A stretch of 28,099 nt of DNA, taken from IMG/VR virus record IMGVR_UViG_3300031963_000742, positions 1 through 28,099 of that record; one strand, written 5' to 3'. The translations under genes were made by a program, and so were the position numbers. The notes below the pieces were generated by a model, which did not search any database, was not told where the DNA came from, and saw only the letters and a program-made list of their open reading frames with translations. This document shows positions 1 through 7,857 of the stretch, piece by piece. Source of the DNA: a virus. Its lineage: Duplodnaviria > Caudoviricetes. Numbering within the stretch: position 1 is the stretch's first letter; each line of letters opens with the position of its first letter.

Positions 1-129
1 CCTGAAATCGCAACAGAATTTGGTATTCGCAGTGTACCTACTTTAGTATTGATGGAAGATAATATGGCATCAAAAAGACTCATAGGAAATAAAACAAAAC
101 AAGAATTAGAGGCATTCATCAATGATTAA
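1..129 (+). CDS. Thioredoxin, C-terminal part (5' truncated by window)
   Basis: Frame 1 reads PEIATEFGIRSVPTLVLMEDNMASKRLIGNKTKQELEAFIND*. GIRSVPTL is the thioredoxin cis-Pro motif, and the ORF overlaps the nrdB start. Not in the ORF track. Confidence 0.85.
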   Translation, partial: PEIATEFGIRSVPTLVLMEDNMASKRLIGNKTKQELEAFIND

Positions 130-1114
130 AAAGCACGATACAAAACTAACAGACGAAAGAACCGCATTTAAACCATTCGCATATCCTTGGGCGTATAACG
201 CATGGTTGCAGCACGAACAAGCTCATTGGCTTCATTCGGAAGTTCCAATGATCGAAGATGTAAAAGATTGGAAAAATAAATTAACAACAGAACAGAAACA
301 GTTTCTCACACACATTTTTAGATTCTTCACACAAGGTGATATCGATGTTGCTGGTGGGTATGTAAAGAACTATTTACCATATTTTCCACAACCAGAAGTT
401 CGTATGATGTTATTAGGTTTCGCAGCTCGTGAAGCATTACATATTGCAGCATACTCACACTTGATTGAAACATTAGGATTGCCTGATACAATGTACAATC
501 AGTTCTTAGAATATCAGGCAATGAGAGATAAACATGATTACGTACTTAATCTTAGCTCACAGAATGGTGATGCTGCTTCTACTGCTACTCACATTGCAGT
601 ATTCAGTGCTTTCACCGAAGGGATGCAACTATTCAGTTCCTTTATCATGTTACTTAACTTCCCACGCAATGGTACGATGAAAGGTATGGGACAAATCGTT
701 ACTTGGTCTATTGTTGATGAGACAATGCACGCTGAGAATATGATTAAATTGTTCCGTACATATGTAGAAGAAAACAAAGAAATCTGGAACGATGATTTAA
801 AATCTAGGATATATACTATTGCAGAGAGAATGGTAGAACTAGAAGATAAATTTATTGACCTAGCTTTCGAGATGGGTCCAATGGAGAACCTAGATGCTGA
901 AGATGTTAAGCGCTATATTCGCTATATTGCTGACCGCAGGCTTATTTCTCTTGGTCTTAAAGGGATTTTCAAAGTAAAGAAAAATCCATTACCATGGGTC
1001 GAAGAAATGATTAATGCTCCTATTCATGGCAATTTCTTTGAGAATCGTGTTACTGATTATGCTAAAGGTGCATTGTCTGGACAATGGGAAGAAGTTTGGG
1101 GTAAAGCTGCATAA
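122..1114 (+). CDS. nrdB: Ribonucleotide reductase class Ia beta subunit
   Basis: Di-metal ligand motifs FFTQGD, EALHIAAY (radical Tyr), EG, DETMH and C-terminal NFFENRVTDY. Confidence 0.97.
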   Translation: MIKKHDTKLTDERTAFKPFAYPWAYNAWLQHEQAHWLHSEVPMIEDVKDWKNKLTTEQKQFLTHIFRFFTQGDIDVAGGYVKNYLPYFPQPEVRMMLLGFAAREALHIAAYSHLIETLGLPDTMYNQFLEYQAMRDKHDYVLNLSSQNGDAASTATHIAVFSAFTEGMQLFSSFIMLLNFPRNGTMKGMGQIVTWSIVDETMHAENMIKLFRTYVEENKEIWNDDLKSRIYTIAERMVELEDKFIDLAFEMGPMENLDAEDVKRYIRYIADRRLISLGLKGIFKVKKNPLPWVEEMINAPIHGNFFENRVTDYAKGALSGQWEEVWGKAA

Positions 1115-1120
1115 AGTAAT

Positions 1121-1158
1121 ATGACAATCCGATGACGGTTCTGTTACAGTTCCGTTTA
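1121..1158. promoter_or_regulatory. Pho-box-like PhoB binding repeats upstream of pstS
   Basis: Minus strand 1121-1138 reads CCGTCAT-CGGA-TTGTCAT (11-bp period; consensus CTGTCAT-N4-CTGTCAY). A weaker plus-strand CTGTTAC-AGTT-CCGTTTA follows at 1141-1158. Confidence 0.6.
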
Positions 1159-1187
1159 AGGATCATGATTTCATAGATAAGTGTGAT

Positions 1188-1205
1188 ATTGTGCATTTGC
1201 ACAAT
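1188..1205. promoter_or_regulatory. Perfect inverted repeat, candidate operator
   Basis: ATTGTGCA-TT-TGCACAAT lies just upstream of the pstS Shine-Dalgarno. Confidence 0.45.
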
Positions 1206-1221
1206 TCTTATAGGAGAAATC

Positions 1222-2244
1222 ATGAGAAATTTACTTTTATCTTTATTACTATTCACAGGAGTCGCATCAGCAGCAGAATTTACTGGAGCCGGTGCGACTT
1301 TTCCATTTCCAATCTATGCAAAGTGGGCTGAAGCATACAAAGCACAAACTGGCATTGGTCTAAACTATCAATCAATTGGTTCAGGTGGTGGTATTCGTCA
1401 AATCAAAGCCAAGACAGTTGACTTTGGTGCAAGTGATATGCCACTTAAGAAAGAAGAATTAGACAAAGAAGGTCTTGTTCAGTTCCCAGCCATCATTGGT
1501 GGTGTTGTACCAGTTTACAATCTTGACGGTATCGATGCAGGTAAACTAAAGTTGACACCTGATGTAATTGCAAACATTCATTTAGGTAAAATCACCAAAT
1601 GGAACGACAAAGCAATTGCAGAATTAAATCCTGGTGTAAATCTACCTGCAATGAACATCACAGTCGTTCATCGTGCAGATGGTTCAGGCACTACATTTAT
1701 CTGGACAAACTTTTTGGGCAAAGCCAATGCAGATTTTCAAAAGACTGTAGGTGAAGGCACAGCAGTTAAATGGCCAGTAGGTGTAGGTGGTAAAGGTAAC
1801 GAAGGTGTAGCAGCACAAGTACAAAGACTAAAAGGTGCATTTGGTTATGTTGAATATGCATACGCAAAGCGTAATAAAATTCCTTATGCAGCATTAAAGA
1901 ATCGTGATGGTAATTTTGTGCTGCCTGATGATACTACATTCAAGGCAGCAGCCGCAAATGCAGACTGGGTAAATGCACCGGGCATGTATTTGTTACTCAC
2001 ATGGCAGACAGGTAAAGATGCATGGCCAGCAACAGGTGCAAGTTTCATTCTCATGCACAAGCAACAGGCAGACGCATTGACAGGTCGTGCAGTTCTCAAG
2101 TTCTTTGATTGGAGTTATAAGAACGGTGGTCAAATGTCAACAGAGTTGGAGTATGTTCACATGCCACAAGATGTAATTAAATTAGTTCAGGACAATTGGA
2201 AGAAAGACTTCCGTGGCCCAGACAACAACCCAATTTGGAAATAA
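1222..2244 (+). CDS. pstS: Phosphate ABC transporter periplasmic binding protein PstS
   Basis: Signal peptide, GAGATFP, YQSIGSGGG, DFGASD, HRADGSGTT and GGKGNEGV motifs. Start moved to ATG 1222, which follows SD AGGAGA. Confidence 0.97.
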   Translation: MRNLLLSLLLFTGVASAAEFTGAGATFPFPIYAKWAEAYKAQTGIGLNYQSIGSGGGIRQIKAKTVDFGASDMPLKKEELDKEGLVQFPAIIGGVVPVYNLDGIDAGKLKLTPDVIANIHLGKITKWNDKAIAELNPGVNLPAMNITVVHRADGSGTTFIWTNFLGKANADFQKTVGEGTAVKWPVGVGGKGNEGVAAQVQRLKGAFGYVEYAYAKRNKIPYAALKNRDGNFVLPDDTTFKAAAANADWVNAPGMYLLLTWQTGKDAWPATGASFILMHKQQADALTGRAVLKFFDWSYKNGGQMSTELEYVHMPQDVIKLVQDNWKKDFRGPDNNPIWK

Positions 2245-2250
2245 GGATAA

Positions 2251-3660
2251 ATGATGAAATTATTAAAGAAACTTTCTATTGTAGTTGCACTAGCAGCCGT
2301 AATTCCTGCATATGCTGATGAGTATAAAGAGACATTGAATATTCTAAGAGAGAAGAATGTAATCACTCAAAAAGAATATGAAGCAAAACTCAAAGCATAT
2401 GAAGAAAGAGAAGAAAACAAAAAGTTCATTGAACAAAGAATTGACAAAGACGTTAGTGAATCTGTCAAATACAGACAAGCCAGAGCAAACGATGGTTCAG
2501 TCACAGAAAATGGAATCGGACTCAAATCAAAAGATGGTAACAACACCATCCAATTTACAGGTCGATTACATATGGACTATCGAAACTACACACCAAATTA
2601 TGGTGTCGGTCAAACCACGGATTCGTATCAAAACTTAGCAGAGATGCGCCGTGGTAGATTTGGTATTCGTGGACAATTTGCAAAAGACTTCAAGTATGAA
2701 TTTTCCGGTAATTTTGGTAATGATGTTGGTGCCGCTTCTTCAACAACCACAATGGATGTTGCATGGGTAAACTACGCAGCCAATCCAGAACTACAATATC
2801 AATTTGGTTTGTTTAAGATGCCATTCAGTCTTGAGCAACTGCAAAGTTCCAACAATCTTGATATGATGGATCGTAGTTTAGTTGGTCAAGTTGAAGGTGA
2901 ATTTATTCCAGGTAAAGAAACTGGTTTTATGATTCATGGTGTACCAAAACCCGGTTTGACATACGCCATTGCAGCAAGTCGTGGTCGTGCTAACAAAGAC
3001 GCCGTATCAGATGGATTTGATTACATCGGTCGTGTTACTACAAACATTGCTGAATTGCAAGGTAGCAAAGCATACACACTACACTTAGGTGCTGCATATA
3101 GTATAGGTGAGATTAAAGGTGGTGTTGCACCAGCAAGTGGTAGAACAGAGGCACGTTCACAAAATGCTTGGTTCACCGGTTCGGCACTGAGTGGTGTAAC
3201 CGAAAGAACTCGTCAAGGTCTTGAAGCAGCATTTGCATATAATGCTTTGAAAGTACAAGCAGAACAATTTAATTTCATATATGATCCTACAACAGGAAAC
3301 AATCAGGAAATTAAAGGCTATTATGTTCTTGCAGCATATAATCTGACTGGTGAATCATATAACTACAAAGATGGTGTGTTTGGTGCAATCAAGCCTGCTA
3401 ATCCACTAGACAAAGGCGGCAAAGGTGCTGTGCAAGTCAATGTACGTATGAGTGAGTTTGATGCTAGTAACATTACAGTAGCCACAGGTAAATCAAATCG
3501 TGCTACTGCAATGACTTATGGTCTAACTTGGTTCGCTACAGACAACCTACGTTTTATGGTTAACTATGTTGACACCAAATTTGATGCACTTGTGGGTAGT
3601 TCAGGTAGTCGTGTAAACGGCGACAAGGCCATTATGTTCAGAAGCCAACTGAACTTCTAA
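2251..3660 (+). CDS. Phosphate-selective outer-membrane porin, OprO/OprP family
   Basis: Signal peptide, N-terminal coiled segment, FTGRLHMD, RRGRFGIRG arginine-ladder-like segment, GLFKMPFSLEQLQSS, terminal RSQLNF (beta-barrel C-terminal Phe). Starts 6 nt after pstS. Confidence 0.88.
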   Translation: MMKLLKKLSIVVALAAVIPAYADEYKETLNILREKNVITQKEYEAKLKAYEEREENKKFIEQRIDKDVSESVKYRQARANDGSVTENGIGLKSKDGNNTIQFTGRLHMDYRNYTPNYGVGQTTDSYQNLAEMRRGRFGIRGQFAKDFKYEFSGNFGNDVGAASSTTTMDVAWVNYAANPELQYQFGLFKMPFSLEQLQSSNNLDMMDRSLVGQVEGEFIPGKETGFMIHGVPKPGLTYAIAASRGRANKDAVSDGFDYIGRVTTNIAELQGSKAYTLHLGAAYSIGEIKGGVAPASGRTEARSQNAWFTGSALSGVTERTRQGLEAAFAYNALKVQAEQFNFIYDPTTGNNQEIKGYYVLAAYNLTGESYNYKDGVFGAIKPANPLDKGGKGAVQVNVRMSEFDASNITVATGKSNRATAMTYGLTWFATDNLRFMVNYVDTKFDALVGSSGSRVNGDKAIMFRSQLNF

Positions 3661-3676
3661 TTACATTTGTTTTATT

Positions 3677-3702
3677 AAAAGCCCCGTAAGGGGCTTTTTT
3701 TT
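3677..3702 (+). terminator. Rho-independent terminator closing the pstS-porin operon
   Basis: AAAAGCCCC-GTAA-GGGGCTTTTTTTT: GC stem, GNRA loop and T8 tail. Confidence 0.92.
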
Positions 3703-3705
3703 CGT

Positions 3706-3712
3706 CTAAATA
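3706..3712 (+). promoter_or_regulatory. T4-like late-promoter variant (CTAAATA) upstream of iscA
   Basis: CTAAATA directly after the terminator and before SD AGGAG; resembles TATAAATA. Confidence 0.5.
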
Positions 3713-3731
3713 AACATCAAAGGAGACTTCT

Positions 3732-4052
3732 ATGATCACAATGACTGAACTCGCATCACGTAAAACTTTAAACTCTTTGAACAAAAGAGGAAAAGGATTA
3801 GGTATTAAGGTTGGTGTTAGAACCACAGGTTGTAGTGGTTTAGCTTACACACTAGAATATGTTGATAGTGTATCGGATACAGATACTATATACGAATCTA
3901 ATGGTGTTAAAATTTTTGTTGACCCAAAACATATTCCTTATCTGAATGGAATGGAAATAGATTGGAAAAGAAATGGACTCAATGAAGGTTTTGATTTTAT
4001 AAATTCTTTAGAAAAAAATCGATGTGGTTGTGGTGAGAGTTTCAATATTTAA
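3732..4052 (+). CDS. iscA: Iron-sulfur cluster assembly A-type carrier (IscA/HesB)
   Basis: TGCSGLAY and CGCGESF motifs; SD AGGAG. Confidence 0.95.
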   Translation: MITMTELASRKTLNSLNKRGKGLGIKVGVRTTGCSGLAYTLEYVDSVSDTDTIYESNGVKIFVDPKHIPYLNGMEIDWKRNGLNEGFDFINSLEKNRCGCGESFNI

Positions 4053-4061
4053 GGAGAAGTA

Positions 4062-4511
4062 ATGAAAATAACAAAAATACTTTTAACGGGTCTATTGTCT
4101 TTCGCTTGTATAGGAAATGTTTATGCTGACAAAGCAGCAAAAGGCGTAACGTATGATGCACAGATTGTACGTGTAAATGATGGTGATACTGTAGTTATCG
4201 CAGCACCATTTTTACCTGCACCACTTAAACCAGAGTTAGCAGTTCGTATCTATGGTGTAGATACGCCAGAAAAAGGTTTTCGTGCTCAATGCCCACAAGA
4301 GGACGAGCGAGGAAAAATGGCAACAAAGTTTACAACAAGCGCTGTATCAAAGGCAGTTAAACGTCAGGTTATCTTATACGGCTGGGATAAATTTGGTGGT
4401 CGTGTCTTGGGTGACATCATTTTAGATGGCCAGAGTCTACGTTCTATGTTAATTCAAAACGGTTTTGCTCGAGAATATTTTGGCGAAGCTAAACAATCAT
4501 GGTGTCAATAA
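4062..4511 (+). CDS. Thermonuclease (staphylococcal nuclease family) with signal peptide
   Basis: DGDT, VRIYGVDTPE and DKFGGRVLG motifs; N-terminal signal ending VYA. Confidence 0.9.
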   Translation: MKITKILLTGLLSFACIGNVYADKAAKGVTYDAQIVRVNDGDTVVIAAPFLPAPLKPELAVRIYGVDTPEKGFRAQCPQEDERGKMATKFTTSAVSKAVKRQVILYGWDKFGGRVLGDIILDGQSLRSMLIQNGFAREYFGEAKQSWCQ

Positions 4512-4660
4512 TGGCGTCGTTGAAACATACCTGTGGTGAATGTTCTTCAGAGTTTACGATACGCTATGACGAAAACAAATGTGAAGATGATCCTCATTAT
4601 TGTCCTTTTTGTGGAGAATACTTAATTGAAACTGAGGACTTTGGTGATGATGACGAATGA
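4511..4660 (+). CDS. Small zinc-ribbon protein (49 aa)
   Basis: MASLKHTCGECSSEFTIRYDENKCEDDPHYCPFCGEYLIETEDFGDDDE has two CxxC pairs and is coupled to both neighbours (TAATG, ATGA). Not in the ORF track. Confidence 0.8.
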   Translation: MASLKHTCGECSSEFTIRYDENKCEDDPHYCPFCGEYLIETEDFGDDDE

Positions 4661-5061
4661 CCTGGTACTTTCATAATACTGGCGAAGAATTTACTGAAGA
4701 TAATATAGACGGCCATTTTGGGTTTGTATATTGTATTACACATACTCAAACTGGTCGTAAATATATTGGTAAAAAGTTTTTCACCAAATCTAAAATAAAA
4801 CAAGTCAAAGGTAAAAAGAAAAGAACCCGAGTATCATCCGATTGGATGACATACTGGGGTTCCAATTTATTATTACAAGAAGATGTTAAGATAAATGGTG
4901 AAGATCAATATGTAAGAGAGATACTTCACCTTTGTAAAACTAAATCTGAATGTTCTTATTGGGAAACGTGGGAGATATTCTCTCGACACGCACTATTGAA
5001 TGAATCCTACTATAATCAATGGGTTTCTTGCAAAATCACAAAAAAACACTTACTTAAGTAA
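4657..5061 (+). CDS. GIY-YIG family endonuclease (T4-like phage type)
   Basis: GFVYCI...KYIGKK motif, YWGS, REIL, and conserved E and YN. Confidence 0.8.
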   Translation: MTWYFHNTGEEFTEDNIDGHFGFVYCITHTQTGRKYIGKKFFTKSKIKQVKGKKKRTRVSSDWMTYWGSNLLLQEDVKINGEDQYVREILHLCKTKSECSYWETWEIFSRHALLNESYYNQWVSCKITKKHLLK

Positions 5062-5352
5062 TTTTGTATTGTTATCAGGATTCATTGATAACATGTTGGA
5101 AAATATCTTTTGAGTTTCTTCATTAGATTTCACCATCTCATTTCTAAAACTTTCAACAGCTGCACCAGTTTGACGAGACATTCCTGAATTTTCAATCAAC
5201 AACATAGGAATAAAAGTCATAGCACAGTTCCATTCTTCAACTTGTTTACCTGTATTGATATTATAACCTTCAACTTTAGTGAACCATGCACATTTAAATT
5301 GTACACATTCTTCTTTCAATATAGGACAAAAACTTCCCGGTTTTAATTGCAT
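5050..5352 (-). CDS. Cys-containing phage hypothetical protein
   Basis: CPILKEECVQFKCAWF...WNCA...GAAVESFRNEMV; SD AGGAG; last gene of the fibre cluster. Confidence 0.75.
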   Translation of the reverse strand: MQLKPGSFCPILKEECVQFKCAWFTKVEGYNINTGKQVEEWNCAMTFIPMLLIENSGMSRQTGAAVESFRNEMVKSNEETQKIFSNMLSMNPDNNTKLLK

Positions 5353-5374
5353 AATATACTCTCCTGTTTAAAAT

Positions 5375-6532
5375 TTAAATAAACCATGTAATAATAGAAT
5401 ATCGTGTTCCTTTTGTTACTGGAATAATTTCATGGGGATACATGAAACTAGAGGGAAATAATAATGCTGATCCTCTTTTCAACTTGTATTTTAGTTCTCT
5501 ATCAAAAAACGCAAATTCACCACCCTCATAATCATCATTTAACATAAAAGAACATGATACTGATCTCGGGTGTAATTTATAAGAATCAGTATGTTGACGA
5601 TAAAACTGTCCGACATCATATCTCAATAACTGATACCCAGAATCTTGTTCGATATGACAATTTGGAAATAATTCATTATATTTTTTAATAGCTAAATGAG
5701 CACCTTGAAAAATCCTATCATCCAATTGTTGCCTAATTTTACTATTTTTTGCAATTATTTCGGGTACAGAAATTCCAATTTCATTGACATTTCTTACTTT
5801 CAAATCTATTTCGCCAATTCCTACAGTTGATGATGCCCATATACTGTCGTTTGCATATTCATTTAAAATATCATCACAAGTTTCATCAGAAAGTATGTTT
5901 TCTAATACGATAATATAATCATTTAAATTTTTTTTATAAACATTTTTTATAGGTTCTGGTTGTTCATCATCAATTATTTGTTTTGGTTTTTCTTTGGTTT
6001 TTATTTTATCAAAGTAAGCATATGATTTATCACCTCGACTTCTAACATAATGTAAAAAGACTTGAATATATTCCGTTCCAGTAAATTGTTTTCTCCAATG
6101 ATCAGCATCACATCCTAAATACATCATGGCATCTCCAGGACGTAAATTCAATTCTACTTCTTCTCCTTTTGGAGTTTGAATATAAATTGGCCATTCTTTA
6201 TCGCCATCTAGATGTATTGTTAAACTTATTTCACATGCATCCCTATCTCTATGGCGTTCGAGAACACTACCATCTTTATATACCCTAGCATATGAATACG
6301 TAGGTAAAACAGTTTCTCCTAAGATTTCACTGACAATTGGTGTTCGTTCACATAGTAATTCTAAAAAATCTATGAAATTATAATCTGTTAATGAATTGGG
6401 AGCTTGACTGTCTCCAACATTTTTATTTTCCAAACAATGATGTTTGAAATTGGAAGCAGTTACTTTAGCTCTTGATTCACTAATGAAGTTGGGAATATAG
6501 ATGTAATTATTTTCTATCAATGAGGTATTCAT
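5375..6532 (-). CDS. Tandem two-domain 2OG-Fe(II) oxygenase (C-terminal domain prolyl-4-hydroxylase-like)
   Basis: Domain 1: HRD...CEISLT...DHWR. Domain 2: HTD...YEGGEF...HEIIPVTKGTRYS. A K/E/P-rich linker separates them. Confidence 0.88.
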   Translation of the reverse strand: MNTSLIENNYIYIPNFISESRAKVTASNFKHHCLENKNVGDSQAPNSLTDYNFIDFLELLCERTPIVSEILGETVLPTYSYARVYKDGSVLERHRDRDACEISLTIHLDGDKEWPIYIQTPKGEEVELNLRPGDAMMYLGCDADHWRKQFTGTEYIQVFLHYVRSRGDKSYAYFDKIKTKEKPKQIIDDEQPEPIKNVYKKNLNDYIIVLENILSDETCDDILNEYANDSIWASSTVGIGEIDLKVRNVNEIGISVPEIIAKNSKIRQQLDDRIFQGAHLAIKKYNELFPNCHIEQDSGYQLLRYDVGQFYRQHTDSYKLHPRSVSCSFMLNDDYEGGEFAFFDRELKYKLKRGSALLFPSSFMYPHEIIPVTKGTRYSIITWFI

Positions 6533-6546
6533 AACAAATTTTACTT

Positions 6547-6861
6547 TTAGGTATTTTGAGAATTTTGAGAATTATAAAAATTAAGCCATACTTGATAACA
6601 ATTTAATGCCCATTGTGGCAATTCAGTTATATTTAGGTTAGCATCATTTGATTTGAATTCGATCCAACCAGTTCCTTGACCATATTCCAATCCTTCTAAA
6701 TGACTGTTATTGGGATCTGGCCAAACTGGATTATTCCATTGTAATGCATGAACATTTGTTGGTATACCACATGATGACAAGTCCAATTCGATAAAACCAC
6801 CTTGATCTGTACCTACTGTTCCATCAATGGGTATAATAGTTAATTTATGTGTCTGTAACAT
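6547..6861 (-). CDS. Hypothetical protein, probably fibre-associated
   Basis: VHALQW...GWIEF motif; SD AAGGAG; has its own late promoter. Confidence 0.7.
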   Translation of the reverse strand: MLQTHKLTIIPIDGTVGTDQGGFIELDLSSCGIPTNVHALQWNNPVWPDPNNSHLEGLEYGQGTGWIEFKSNDANLNITELPQWALNCYQVWLNFYNSQNSQNT

Positions 6862-6879
6862 ATTATCTCCTTTTCTTTT

Positions 6880-6887
6880 TATTTATA
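6880..6887 (-). promoter_or_regulatory. T4-type late promoter TATAAATA
   Basis: Exact TATAAATA on the minus strand, intergenic and upstream of SD AAGGAG of 6547..6861. Confidence 0.8.
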
Positions 6888-6889
6888 TA

Positions 6890-7381
6890 TCAATTTAAAG
6901 TAGCAATAATAACATCAACATAACGAACAGCAATAGTAAAAACTGTTCCTGAAGCAGTAACGCTTATTGGATGCGAATGTCCTGTAGATGTAGCTGGATC
7001 TAGACTTGTTGTTGAATCCATGCGCCCACTCACAAAAAGTCCTGTTGGTGCAGTTGTGCCAGCAGCACGTTGAGTAACTGGACTACCTGACAAACTACCT
7101 TGTGGAGTAGGAGTTCCTGGACTTGGTATAGGATGATTATGTAATGGTATTTGAGAAATTGATAATGTTGTTGCAGCTGATGCTCCGGAAAAAGGAGAAT
7201 TAGTAAATGTATATGCTGTTGGTGAAAATACTGTAGTAAAATCTACTGATCCACCAGAAGAAGTTGCTCCGTTAGTAACTCTTAATGTATGATTATTAAA
7301 ATTTACTGTTTCTTTAGTCCAACCTGTTGGAGCCGAAGTTTGTCTAAAAATAGTTTTTGTGCCAGAAGTAAATATAGGCAT
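6890..7381 (-). CDS. Tail-collar-like short fibre/tip protein, paralogue 3
   Basis: APTGWTK, SSGGSVDF, TTLSISQIPLHNH, GHSH, VRYVDVI. Confidence 0.75.
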   Translation of the reverse strand: MPIFTSGTKTIFRQTSAPTGWTKETVNFNNHTLRVTNGATSSGGSVDFTTVFSPTAYTFTNSPFSGASAATTLSISQIPLHNHPIPSPGTPTPQGSLSGSPVTQRAAGTTAPTGLFVSGRMDSTTSLDPATSTGHSHPISVTASGTVFTIAVRYVDVIIATLN

Positions 7382-7383
7382 AA

Positions 7384-7854
7384 TTAATTCCTAGTTACAG
7401 AGATGATATCCACATATCTAACTCTAAGATCAATCCCACCACCTGAAATAGTTGGACTAGATAAAGTTGTAGAATCTGGATGAGTATGAGAACCACCACC
7501 ACCTGGATTGTTATTACTTACAACTCCAGGATTTGCGGATGCCGCTAAAGTTGATCCGGAAGCAGCTTGAGTTCTTGTAACTGATGATGCAATAAAGGAT
7601 ACGTTGTGTCGATGTGCAGTAAATGTTGAGTTGTCTATAGTGGTTGCACCTATTGTAACAGCTGAAACTGAAGTTGCTGTACCCGCATAATTAGAAAATA
7701 CTGTTGAAAACGCTGTGCCACCTAAATTATTGACAACACTCCCTGTAACTACCCTCAACATATAATCATTATCCGTGACATTCTTAGTCCATCCGGTAGG
7801 AGGAGTAGTCATTTTCATTATTGTGATATTTCCAGATCCGATAATAAGTGCCAT
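7384..7854 (-). CDS. Tail-collar-like short fibre/tip protein, paralogue 2
   Basis: PPTGWTK, HRH, SHTH, VRYVDII. Confidence 0.75.
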   Translation of the reverse strand: MALIIGSGNITIMKMTTPPTGWTKNVTDNDYMLRVVTGSVVNNLGGTAFSTVFSNYAGTATSVSAVTIGATTIDNSTFTAHRHNVSFIASSVTRTQAASGSTLAASANPGVVSNNNPGGGGSHTHPDSTTLSSPTISGGGIDLRVRYVDIISVTRN

Positions 7855-7857
7855 TGA

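Noticed and set aside
122-1114. Intron or intein in nrdB
   Set aside because: The ORF is continuous, of normal length, with all motifs at expected spacing
1183-1221. Extended starts in the track (1183, also 21441, 22569, 23555, 26031)
   Set aside because: Downstream in-frame starts have SD sequences or better fit, and the extensions overlap promoters or neighbouring genes
327-3826. Short alternative-frame ORFs over nrdB, pstS, the porin and iscA
   Set aside because: They overlap well-supported genes and have no independent signals
1222-4052. Host chromosomal DNA or prophage boundary
   Set aside because: pstCAB/phoU and the rest of the isc operon are absent, codon style is AT-rich like the flanks, and phage-type genes and late boxes surround it
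4657-5061. GIY-YIG gene as a mobile homing endonuclease
   Set aside because: Only 134 aa with no evident C-terminal DNA-binding repeats and tightly coupled in the operon, so more likely a resident nuclease
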